From NCBI GenBank assembly GCA_051362555.1, contig CM120646.1, positions 20,832,001 through 20,896,000 on the forward strand: DNA of 64,000 nucleotides. Direction: 5' to 3'. A program made the position numbers and the translations under genes. The notes beneath the pieces were generated by a model, which saw nothing but the letters and a program-made list of their open reading frames with translations, did not search any database and was not told the origin of the DNA. This document shows, piece by piece, positions 14,530-26,639 of the stretch; positions within the stretch are counted from its first letter, which is position 1; each line of letters starts with the position of its first letter. This DNA comes from Lingula anatina (Eukaryota; Animalia; Brachiopoda).

Positions 14530-15105
14530 TTTTTGCTGAGGGGGAGAAGCGCAGACACCATCAACATCTCAAATTGGCTACTCGTAAGTAGGTCTATGTA
14601 TGTAATTATCTAAGCATATAAAACTTTCATTACTTTATGTTGAATATTCAAAGACCATCATGAACAATATAATGCATGAACCTCTTGTATTTTCAGATGT
14701 AGAAAGTTAGCTACTTTGACGGTACCCGACATTGTGTTCTTGAGGCATCTCAAGTCTACTGTAAGTTTTAAAATTATTTTGATATTTTTCCAGTTACAAG
14801 CATCCTGGTTGTTAACAGTTATAATGTGTTAATAAAACTTTAATACTGTTTTTCACAATCTTTGATAATCCTATGCAGCTGTGAGGCGACAAAAATTATA
14901 ATTCAATCATCACATGCAAAACAGATATTAGCAGTTCTGGAATCAAAATAACACCATTAATGCAGAATGGAGGGACTATACTTAATGTTTCTTTGTTTGT
15001 CTTTGATAGGCGCCGGAGTTTTTCTTCAGGCTTCTGTCAGAAAAACTAGGACTTGAATCTCTGACCGATCTTAGACTTTTCTGTGATGCGCTTGACGAAC
15101 TGTGA
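9787..15105 (+). CDS. Cytoplasmic ARM-repeat + TIR (TIR_2-type) + C-terminal SAM-like protein, ~670 aa
   Basis: Exons 9787-10368, 10781-10919, 11081-11424, 11792-11942, 12605-12759, 13180-13339, 13695-13927, 14215-14309, 14697-14760, 15010-15105 join in frame with GT/AG. ARM: KIAEKGALPLLTELLSSEDEEERKAAVRALWQLSF. TIR: HIMISYNWAHQELLIKVRDYLTQSGFKVWMDINNMYGS...SKNCRKEAEYADEIDKPIIPLLVE...GWLG. Tail: VDVWLRQNNLQ...APEFFFRLLSEKLGLESLTDLRLFCDALDEL*. Confidence 0.9.
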
Positions 15106-15389
15106 TAAAAGTAAAAATAGGCTTACACGTGGGCAGAGAAATGACCCAACCCACTGCGACAGCCTGTTGAATTTCTTCACATGTTCGCAATGTTGGAGAA
15201 GGAAACGAAATATGTGCAATATTTGAGAATTTGTGATCAATGACCAGGGTAAAAGAAAAAAGAACATTACATGATTCAACAAGAATCAGTAATTTGTATG
15301 CAAGTGCATGTTTGCATCAAGGGGTGCATATAGATGAGATTTAGGCCGTTTACTCATCGAGGGATATACGTACGCTATATAATCTGTAC

Positions 15390-15557
15390 CGGTGTAACGA
15401 AACTAAGGGTCCGTGTAACAGAAAGTCCGCCCTCCATTTAGTTATAATGGTTAGGGTTAGCCTGACCTAAGTGGGTCAAAATCTTGGGCAAGGCTCACCT
15501 GTACAAATGAACGGGAAGCGGACTCTCTATCGTGGGGGGCTATCTGTCACGTTACAA
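15390..15557. mobile_element. Short repeat/MITE with internal GGTTAGGGTTAG; related copies at ~12040-12290
   Basis: gtgtaac...gttaca termini; shares ggttagggttag...tcacct.tacaaa...ggga.cggact with the 12.0-12.3 kb intronic sequence. Confidence 0.45.
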
Positions 15558-16413
15558 CTGATTCAAGTGTGGAGACAACTTTGCAGCGCCGTCAAGAAAA
15601 AAGTGCAAAATACTTAATTTGTAATTTTTTGTATAAATGTGGTGCTGTATCGTTAACAGTTTGTATCAGTTGTATCATCACATGCCTTCATTTATGTAAA
15701 CACATTGTAATGTGAGTTCTTGTTACTGTTTGAAATGAATTATGTTGACATAAAATTCTTGTTGCGTGCCTCGTTCATTTACTTTACTGCTCTTGGAACA
15801 CAACACAAGACACATATCTTCATTTGGCAACGAAGGCGTCATTCCCGTTTCTGAGCCCATTCCTGTAGCTTTATCGTTTTTCGAGAATGGGGTACTAACC
15901 TATCATCCAACAGTCTTCTTTTCTCAATCGAGATTTGGACATGCTACTTCGGAGTCTCACATTTTAAAAAATCAATGCAAAGCAAATTAACTCACACCAG
16001 TTTATCGAAGTCGATGGGCGTTTAAGACGACCGTTACTGTTAGCCCATCTTCAAAAACTTTTATAACTAATACTAAGGTCAACACAATCTCTGAAATTGC
16101 CAATTGCTGAAAATAAAACCAAAGAGCCATTGCGTCAGATGAGACAGGCAGATTGCTACGGTAGCACCTGTCAAAAGATTACGAGGAGAGGAGATACCGA
16201 CCAAACGGCCAGCCCAGTGTGATGTCTTTATGTATAGACAGAATCAGCTACAAAACCCCTGGCCTGGAAGCATGATAACGCACCCACCGTAAGCTTATTT
16301 CAAGATTAACCCGGTCTGTTTTGGAACATTCTAATACGTGTTTTATTTCTGATAATTTTTTTTTTCAACATAACAGCTCATGTACTCTTAGTGCTTGTGT
16401 TCAGAGATACAGC

Positions 16414-16596
16414 ATGGAAGCCTGGACAGTTTATTATTTTCTTTTCATATTAACTTGGGTATTTCCTTGGATACATTCTATTTATCTGGAAGATAAAAGC
16501 GACATTGTGTATGGCGATGGCACGCAGGCTCACCAAATGCCACGCACTGAAAACCAAATATCAAAATTCATTTCCTTCTTTATGTCGAGTGTTTAA
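16414..16596 (+). CDS. Candidate small secreted peptide (60 aa), unverified
   Basis: MEAWTVYYFLFILTWVFPWIHS-IYLEDKSDIVYGDG...; hydrophobic N-terminus, acceptor at 16404 and upstream donor gtaag near 16289. No recognisable homology. Confidence 0.25.
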   Translation: MEAWTVYYFLFILTWVFPWIHSIYLEDKSDIVYGDGTQAHQMPRTENQISKFISFFMSSV

Positions 16597-17495
16597 AACT
16601 GAGGAGTTTTTTAATATCCTGAATGCCCGTAAGCCGCTGTCAACACCAAATTATGACAGGCGTGACCCAAGCCTTTCTTATCTTTCTTTATGTGGAAAAG
16701 ACAATTAAGTCGCCAAGGGAAAAATAGCGCCGCCTGATCTTTGCCAGTAGGGAGCAAAGGTGGCTAGTAAATACAAAAAAGAGAATAGGTGAACAATGTA
16801 GGTGCGTTCAAGTGCTATGTCATGTCTTTTGAATTTTTTAAACCGTCCTCACAAAACCTGCTTTATATACATACCCCACTCACTTCTAGTTGTATTTTAA
16901 GGAGCGTTTAGACTTAGGCGTAACCGTATTTGGTTTAAAACGTGTAGCTGGATTTTTGGTTTATAACCATAGGTTGCTCTGAAACCCAATAGTAAATGAA
17001 ATTCATCCGAGATAGCCTAAAACGAGGCTGTCGGCACCGTGTGACGTCATAACGAGATTTAAAAGACTTGCACAAATCTGCGTGAGGTGACCGAGGCTAA
17101 ATTTCTAGCAAAGAGGGCGGAACTGTATACGCCGGAAATGGCAAGAAGTTCGAGAGAGAGGCAGATAAAGAGAGAGACCGAGAGACCTGAGAATGGGCTC
17201 AGTACTTTCATTGTCCCGCTCTTCTTAAAATGAAAAAGAGACATTATCTTCCTTTTTAAGTTCCTTTCCTTTCAAACGTCAGTCTATCATTATTTATGAC
17301 ACATCACTGTAATTTGCTCTGACTGGTGATATTTTTTGGCATATTTAGCTAGAGAATACTTCTTTTCCTATGTGATACAAAATAGATTGCCATCACACAT
17401 GTGGGGTCAGTGCATCTTTTGAAAATGTTAGTCTGTAATTTCAACTGAAAACTTATCGTTACTTTCCATGGCTGGGTCGAAGAATGCACCAAAGT

Positions 17496-17527
<32 letters not shown>

Positions 17528-18194
17528 GGGGGGGGGGGGGGAGGGAGGGAGGAAGACGATGGAAATCAAGTATATAATGACCAGGCCTAGTGGCTGTCGT
17601 GCCACTGAGATCCAGTTCAGTTGTAACAATTGGGCCGGTTCTGTGCCATATTCCCAGGGACGAGTTACCAGTACAGCACATTTATCCCGTAAAACAGGAC
17701 GCCCCATGAGTGCACTACGTCACCTTGTCTGACGCCGTCATTTGTCAAGTGACCACAAGAGACAACAACAACAACAACAACAGCAATAATAATATTTAAA
17801 AAATATTAGGTGTGTATAAAATCCACAACATGGTAAATTAACAGTGATCAAAACTTATCAGGACTTTGTCACAGCATCTACGTCTTTTCGATTTTATGAG
17901 TGCAATTATCCATGTAAATTAGTCCAAATTTTCTGACAAGGTACATGTGTCTTATAATGCGTTGCTTAAAGCGAATAATATGACGATTGCAGTAATCTTC
18001 ATTAACTCGGCGATCGCACAAGTCGCACTGCGACCTGATAAAGTTAGGTCTTTTTGTGATAAATAGGTATACACTGTGTAAATAGTTCTTGAGTTAAGAT
18101 ATATTCATGATCTGCTAACTTATTTCTTGCGAATGTGTCGGTTGCACACAGTGAAAACGATCTTGTCGGTTGCATACAGATCTTCATCCCTATG

Positions 18195-18536
18195 CTAGCG
18201 GTAACAGAGACACACCATCCACGTGAGTAACCACGTCACAATTGTCAGCAGGTTTAAAGTGCACGTGGTTAAAGAAGCCGAAGGCGTTGTTGTCGTAGGT
18301 GGTCGGCTGAAACGTATTTAGATAATCTAATCAAAATCGCAAAATGTTAACATATTGGGTTCATGGGTAGGATGAGGGTATGATACAGTGTATATTATCT
18401 TGTCAAAATTCAAGAACTTTTAGAATCTTTTTTTTTCTTAAAATAATCTGTTATCCTTTTTTTAATGACTCTGCAATGTTAAAAGCTTTATCTCTAAAGG
18501 TAAATATAATGATATCATGGATGTCATGAGCAATTG

Positions 18537-18574
<38 letters not shown>

Positions 18575-19421
18575 GTGTGCAAAAATGTCCACAACGAAAT
18601 TCACAATAAAAAGCTTTCCATGACAGAAAGAGTTTTAAGGCAGAAACAGTTGATTCTGAATGTCCACTTCCTCTCTTTATCTAGCTTAATCATTCCACTG
18701 ATATTTTGATTAAAAAGTTATAATGCATAGGTATGTTGTAGGCGATGTATACTTCACGCAAACGCTCTGTCTTGTAAAACTGGTTATTTTACTTAAAGGG
18801 ATAATAACTCTTCGTATGAGATCTATATTTCACAATAAAAACATTGTGAACAACTCATAGAAATATAATATATTCTGTTGTACAACAAAAGCGGCAGTTA
18901 TAGCTATTATTCTGATATCTGAGCTTGTCTTTAGACCACGTGACCTCCATTGATGGCTATACTCAAAGCTTTCGTTATAATCTCTTTAGAAATTATAACA
19001 AAAAAAAAAACTTTTTAGAAAAAAAAACAGGGACTAACTTTGAATGTAAAAAAGATTCATTAACCATTGGTAAGTATGGGAAAATTATTGTTTACTCCAG
19101 AAAAAATTCAATTTTTGGCCAAAACGAAGAGTTATTATCCCTTTAAAGAGAAGGCCTTAACTTACGTCACAACGACGATTGTATTGGAGACCGTCAAACA
19201 TGGTTTGCAATCGCTCACACCTATCAAAGTATCCGTGGCTAGGTCCAGTTCGTCATTATGGCTTAGAAAAAAGTTAGCACTGTAGATATCACAACTTCCT
19301 TTCGTATACTGAAAGGGAAATTTTCGATTTAATATTATTGCAATTTCTATATGAGGTGACTGATATGATACTGAAACACAAGACGAATATGATACATGAG
19401 CTTTACTATCTGTTTTTTTTC

Positions 19422-19459
<38 letters not shown>

Positions 19460-20870
19460 TTTTCCTTTTGCTAGCCTCATCCCTAAAAAACTGATCATTT
19501 ATGTACGTTTTACATTGTATGAAATCATGTATCATGCTAATGTACTTGCACACACTCACACACACACACTCACACACACACACACACACACGCACATTCG
19601 CTAGCTCGATATTCTATACGAAATGTTTTCAATATTCGGCCTACCGAAATTCCGCAGCCAGTGTCTTGTTTTGCCAGGGGTATAGACACAACATACCGCC
19701 CGTTTGTGACGTCATTTTGACTCACGCACCTCGAGTCGTTTCCATAGCCCTGCACATACACTTTGCAGGAAGGATATTTTGTTCTAAAGGACGAGTAGTC
19801 GTACGGTTTGAACCAGAATACCATTGCTCCAGTTAGACAGGACACGGTGTCTGAAAATGTGAAGAAAATGTATGAATTTGTCAAAGCATCCCTCACCCTA
19901 CCCCCCATCGGCCGACAGTGGTACTTCTCCGGCACGTTGCAGTACTTTAGTCGAGAGTGCATCGTGAGGCGAGATGTTAGGCGAGACTACAGCTATCTAA
20001 TTAACGTCCACAAACGACCACAAACGACCAATGCGTCCAATAACGTCTACAAATGTCCACCAGAATAAAATGGTTGGGAAATCAATATATATCAACCAAT
20101 TCGGTCATTTTTAGTCCAATTTGTCGGCAAGGATCTCGTTGATATCGACGTTTACACCGAGGTTTAAACTTCCGATCTGGAAATAGGTTCCAGCGAAGAA
20201 AAGGGCATTGCAAAATGAGCTTCCCAAGTGCGACTTTCCTGTTGTGTTGGCGGCATCTTGGAGAAAATAAGTGACGTCATTTTACAAGGTCAGGTATTCA
20301 GAATTTATTTAAACAAGAAATGGTAAGGGGCATTTACGGCCGACAAAGTATTTTAACAAGTGAAGACGAATATGACCTTAACTATGCATGCAGAGGGTTA
20401 AACCTACAAGCAGAATACGAAATTTCAGCTTCGTCTTTTGGACCTTACCGTGTTGGTACCCAAGTAGGTGAAAAAGTTCCGAAATAAAAAAAAATCAGAA
20501 AAATATCCACAAGCAATAGAAACCGTTGTGTTTATGACACGCTCAATTATCTCATGTTAAACCCACAAACTTCATATGTGGTGACGCAGCATAGTGCTGG
20601 CATTTTCAAACCATAAAATTAGGGATATTTTCCAGCATATCATTATAATAATTATAATACTTACAGCTGCCATTTTGTCCTTCAACCACTGATGTTATAG
20701 ACAAGGCAAATAAGATCATCAGTACCCACTAGAAAAAAATCAAAATAACGAAATTCAGAAGAGAAACAACAACTTTGTTTTACGGGAATGGAAGATGATG
20801 ATGATGATGATGATGATGATGAGAAAGGGAGAGAGAGAGGTATACCCACATATACGGATGCTGATCCCAT
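18195..20870 (-). CDS. Single ZP-N-like domain protein with signal peptide and C-terminal hydrophobic (GPI-like) tail, paralogue A
   Basis: Exons 20870-20850, 20728-20665, 19850-19645, 19308-19166, 18306-18195: MGSASVYWVLMILFALSITSVVEG-QNGSYTVSCLTGAMVFWFKP...KVYVQGYGNDSRC...SIPLAKQDTGCGISYTKGSCDIYSANFFLSHNDELDLATDTLIGVSDCKPC...RPPTTTTPSASLTTCTLNLLTIVTWLLTWMVCLCYR*. Cys spacing and YxxG..C, CG and Y..N motifs resemble ZP-N. Confidence 0.8.
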
Positions 20871-21187
20871 AGCTCTGCCGATAACGCTTTGAAATCCTTT
20901 TCCTCTCCTTATACTGACGTGTTTCCCTAACATTGATATACCTTTAGTTATGATATGTTACAACACGTGTCAGGTTCAGCGAAAAAAAAGGGTCAAAAGC
21001 AATTGGCATAATTTCATGCACAATGCGGATGTGACAATGCGCTTAAAGAAATTAGAGTGAAATTATGACAGACCCAGAGGATCAAAACATCTTTTCGTGT
21101 AAAGGTTTATGGTCAATGCACATCCCGTTAAATGCCAAATAGTTAAAGAGGCTTCTCTCTCTTTCCTTCTCTCTCTCTATCTCTCTC

Positions 21188-21241
<54 letters not shown>

Positions 21242-23050
21242 ATTCTAAGTAAAGTTAAAACATTTTCTGATAAAACATTGTGTACTATAATATATATATA
21301 TATGCCTTAAAAAATAAATTATACTGCAGATAAATATAGTTTTTTTCTTTTTGTACTCTTAACCATAATGGAAAGGGTATACCACATTGTAACCCCCAAG
21401 CTATGCATTGTCCTAAATGTTCAGAATTTGTAAAGAAAATTAGGTGTTGCTGATTGTGGTTAAGATAGATGCCCTCTCATCCGCGTAACAAACTACGCCC
21501 GAGATATGGCCGTGTTATCTGGGTTATGGTACATGTAATTGGTGCTGTAAGAAACATGGCTTCCTTGCTACACGTCCATGTCCTCTGAGGTCACAGTCCT
21601 AACGGTTAACCTTTTCCGGCTGCAACGTTCATGTCTCTTTATAATTGTGGCTAGAGTCAACGACTGGGTTCCCATCCCCAGATCGATCTAACAGGATCGG
21701 TCCATCTCCAAGGGGTTTCTCGCTAAATTGCTTTCAGCTTAAGAGGCTAAGATGTCTGGGACGTCAACTAAAGCTGCTAAACGCTAGTTAATTACCGCTT
21801 ATCGGCTTCAGTACGCGTGACAGACATATAAATTCAGTTAACGGCTGAGTTTATCTTAAGTAAACTAAGAAAGATGAAGGAAAACAAAATACCATGCGTT
21901 TTCCTAAATAGGTTTTATAACTTGCTATAGGGCCTACATTATTTCGTCGATCGTCAACCGCGATGAACTATGACAAAAAATATCACAAATGTTATCATAT
22001 AAAAATCACTTAAAATGGAATATTATAATAAGTTTATTGAGCACTAAATGATATGAGGATCCATTTGCAGGCTCACTATAGACTACATTATTTACACAAT
22101 ATATAAAGATATACAAGTATATGCTTACGTGCTAAATTACACGTGTTAATGCATGTTATGCTATAAGGTACTCAATTAGTGGTTGTGATGTATCAAATTG
22201 CAGGTGAACTATGTATTTTTAACAGCAGTCTTTACAATAGTATGTCCACCTCCTGAGAGTGAGGGAATTGGTTATGAGTTGTCGTACATAGTTGTTTATC
22301 GAAACATAAGGACAATGCGTGAATTATTTTTCAGTTGCTAATAAACTCTCTCTCTTTCTTCAAATGTGCATCATAAGGAATAACCCCGCATTTTGTCCTT
22401 TTACTAGGACCTCTGTATCATTGATGAATATTCTTAAATGATAGAAAATTCGACCCTAACGACCACTTTGGTCAGTATTCCTAACCTCACTGAGTTTTGC
22501 CCTTAAATATGGTGAAAATCAAGGCATTTACCTGCAAACTGAAAACCTAACACAGTAATAGGAAACGAGTAAGTGTTCATATAAAATCCCGTTTAAAAAC
22601 TGCATTATAGTACGCATGCACCTGTATACTGTAGCGTCAGTGCTGTCTTTTTTTAAATAAATGAAAAAAAGGTTCAAATGTCACCGGAAGGTGTGTCATG
22701 CATAACGAGTTACTTCATGCAGAACGAGTTACTTCGTTACTATATGCCTTGATGTTTTATCAAATATCTATACAAAACAGGCAAATTCATTTTGGCAGTC
22801 TGCATGCTCAGATGGTTCCATTTGCCTATGACTCTTCCCACAAACCATTTGGTCAAGCAGTTTTTTTACAAATATCACGAATTGTTTTTAATGACAGAAC
22901 TGAAACGGCATTGTTTTGTAATTGAGACAAAAAATATTAAATTAATATATGACCTGTACAGTTTTGATAATGTTCAATAGGTGTGGTTCATAATTAGGTC
23001 AGATAAAAAGGCGAAAGATTGTCCTAGTGTCATCTTTTCCATACTAGGTT

Positions 23051-25510
23051 TCAGGAAAACAAAAGCCACGTGCCTATCCAAGTGACAATGGTCAATAAAT
23101 TCAAAGTACATGTGCTCGAAGATTCACTGTCCGGCGGTGATCTGAAACCAAATAAAAAACAAGGAAAATATTATTATTTTTATTTTTATCTTGTAATGCG
23201 AGGATAAGAAATAAGATGACATAACGCGGTTCCGTAAAATAACCAAAATGTTGCCAGAAAGATATTAGGATTCGTGTTTTGAACAATGATTAATTGGTTA
23301 AATTCCACTCTGTTATTTTCCTTATTATTATGGCATTTTCGATACTTTTCCTTTAGTGCCCAAAGTAAACTTTCTCCTCCATAGCCATTCCAAACAATAT
23401 CGCAATGGTTAAATATTTCATTTTGTTTTGTCCGATAGGCGTTCATTGCCAAGTTTCGCCATTTATGATTCATTTTTCTTAACATGTATGTCGTTTTGTC
23501 CTTTTATAAACAGGACCTTTTTGGCCAGAAATACATGGCCATACTTACGTGGGCTGTTGGACGATAATTGGACTTCCATTGGAAACCGTCTGGCATGGCT
23601 TACAATTCACCACGAGGATGAGATAATCCCGGAGCTGGATAATCTGCTCTGTATGGCGTAGAACAAAAGTTGCATTGTACATGTCACACTCCATCTTCTT
23701 GTGCTAAAATAAATAAATAAATAAATAAATAAATAAAAAATAAATAAATAAATAAATAGATAGATGATTACATAAATGAAATTAATAAATCAATTAATCA
23801 ATGCAATGACAAGTTACATGCGAATTTTGTAACTCTTGTCATTTTGTAACACAATCGCTTGTTTATTCGTGTAAACCACATATGTAGGTCTATTTCATGT
23901 GTATTTAAATTTTCAAAATTAAAAAACTTTAAAAGAAATGAACGGTCTGGTTAACTGGTAGCACTGGTTATACGCTGAGTCGCGGGCAATATTCCTTGGC
24001 TGCACGGGTATACACGCATCGCATTCACAGCGTCAGTTTCAGCCTCATCTCCCACAACCACATTGGTTTGAGCATTTTCCATTTTGAAACCTTTCCTCTA
24101 ATGTGATTCAAATAAAAGCAAACTAAAAAATGCTAGGCTATTATTTATACTTTTTGGTATATTTTTCATAAAATACCAGCTTGAAATAAATTATTTGGTG
24201 ATTTTCAAAACAATATTGTGTAATGAAAAACGTGCTGTTATTGTTATCAGTTATTCATCTTTGCCAAAGCCGTACCGTGACGCCACATCCGGAGTTGTCT
24301 TTGGCAAGGGGAATTCTGATCAAGTTCCATTTCATGGTGTCATTAAATTGCCCCACACAATTCGTGTCATTTCCATGGCCTTGTGCATATATTTTACTGG
24401 AGGGATAGCGCGCTCTGAAGGCCGCGTAGTCGTTCGGTTTGAACCAGAATCTCATTTCTTCTGTAAAACAGGTGAAGTTAACTGAAAATGGAAGGAATTA
24501 TTTGACTTGTTAAATTGTAGCCAGCTTCCCCTTGATATCAATCTGAAGACAAATTATTTTTTTTTTAAATTATTATTTTCTTGTCTTTATTAAGTTAAAT
24601 ATCTGTTTACTTATTGCATGAAAATAAAGATATTTTGTGATTAATGAACATAATTTAGGTCCTATATGTATAAAGTAATAATAATTTGTAATTAATTAAA
24701 AAGTACGATATTCGAGATCACAAATGGGTTATGATGTTTGTGAGATACGGCAATGGCTATCTTTGATAGGACTAGCACAACTCGTGCAGGGGGCAAAACT
24801 CATGATCAGCTACATTATGTAGTACAGGATACACTTGTATACCTGCTACGTGATTATATAAGGTACATACACTCGAACAAGAACGGCTAAAAGAAAAGCT
24901 AAACCCATTAGTAAACCTATTAAATGTTACACTAAGGCAAATTATAAAATACATTATTTGAGGAAACTGTTAAAAGTATATAAGCTTATACATCCTCCTA
25001 AAAGAGCAGTGAAAAAACATTCACAAAGTATTTCTTTTACTTGGGATTTTCTTTAATTCTTTTACTTAATTTCTTTCGTATCCAAGCTGTTATTTTGTTT
25101 GTTCGTTTTTCTCCAATCATACTCATACTCACAGACGCCCTCTGCTATTACTACTGCTGATGCTTTGTGCCAGCTGCAGATTAATATTAACAGCCACTAA
25201 AAATAAAAAAGAAACATGAAAGCGAAAGTAATCGTAAAGTGGTAATGTAATGATACAACACGAACGCGATAATAACTAGGGATCCGGGACTGACTCTCTA
25301 CAAAAAGAAACACATCAAACCGCAATGTGTATCATAACATTGTACAGCATAACAAGAAATGACTTTTTAAAAGAGGTGAGTGAAGTATCCATTATTCATT
25401 CAAATCCGTGATTTTAATTAAATTAAGAACCACACCTCATATGACATAAAATCCATGTTCTTAAGGTATCATTTGACTGTCTCAGAACAGTTCATTATAC
25501 ACAAGACTCA

Positions 25511-25551
<41 letters not shown>

Positions 25552-26070
25552 ACAAAAATACGCGTATACAAACAAACACACGTGCGCGCACACACGCTCA
25601 CCCTCACCCACAAACATGCTCTCACACACATATATATGCACACATACACAAACTATTGCACACAGATACACGCACCTACACAGAGGCGCGCACACGCCAT
25701 TATTTGAGTACAACTAAGAGTTTTAAAATATACAATCAGTCGTCTTTATTGGGTCTCATATAAAATGAATGGTTTAAAGTTAGACATTATCCCGTATCCC
25801 GTAAACAAAAAGAGGTTAAATAATAAGATCTGTAGTTTTCAAAAGCTTAGATACATTGACAAACAAGAGAATAACATCAAGAAGTAAAAGAAAATTTATT
25901 ATCTAAACCTGCTGATTATGCGCCGATAAGTATAGCTGGGTGTAACCAGATAAAAAGGTCAACAGTGCATATCAATATAATCAGATTATATCTGTGATAG
26001 TTTATTGAGCGAGCGAGCGAGAGAGAGAGAGAGAGACTGACTCACTTACACAAAGCTGTACAAACGCCAT
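23051..26070 (-). CDS. Single ZP-N-like domain protein with signal peptide and GPI-like tail, paralogue B
   Basis: Exons 26070-26050, 25196-25133, 24481-24276, 23703-23549, 23141-23051. The first three are 21, 64 and 206 nt, identical in length and phase to paralogue A: MAFVQLCWLLILICSWHKASA-VVIAEGVFNFTCFTEEMRFWFKP...KIYAQGHGNDTNC...IPLAKDNSGCGVTHKKMECDMYNATFVLRH...VVNCKPC...SSSTCTLNLLTIVTWIGTWLLFS*. Confidence 0.82.
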
Positions 26071-26385
26071 TCCCACGTTTCTCTCTAGTTTTTTATACGT
26101 TTTACACGTCCTCCAAGCATCGGCATTGCATTCATGTATTATGCGCCTACGAATATGTAGTTCTGAAAGAAGGTAATGCATTCATACAAGACTATTTTCA
26201 AAAATGAATTAAAAAGTTAAACTGAAGAATAAGTCTTATAGCAATTGATGCTTCTTATGAAATAGTTTATGAAATATTTAAGATATATCACGTGTATTCA
26301 TTTGGCACATAAAAGACCACGTTAGATTATGGTCATTGCAAATTATTTCCAAACTGACATGGCAGTAAATAAGGCTTGCAAAATG

Positions 26386-26461
<76 letters not shown>

Positions 26462-26580
26462 TTCTCTCTCTCTCTCACTATTTCTAGTTCAAAGGCCATT
26501 TATAAATATAACATTGTTTGAATAATGAATGGATTATTATCTCTTTCTCTCTCTCTCACACACACACACACTCTCTCGCC

Positions 26581-26639
<59 letters not shown>

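Noticed and set aside
23950-24100. Exon-like minus-strand frame RKGFKMENAQTNVVVGDEAETDAV... inside ZP-N paralogue B
   Set aside because: It runs into a stop and has no counterpart in paralogue A; the exon at 23703-23549 is the clear homologue. A minor alternative exon cannot be fully excluded.
26476-26535. ~60-bp similarity to 51978-52040, suggesting a link between the ZP-N and TNFR-like genes
   Set aside because: Non-coding and next to microsatellites in both places; most simply a dispersed repeat fragment.
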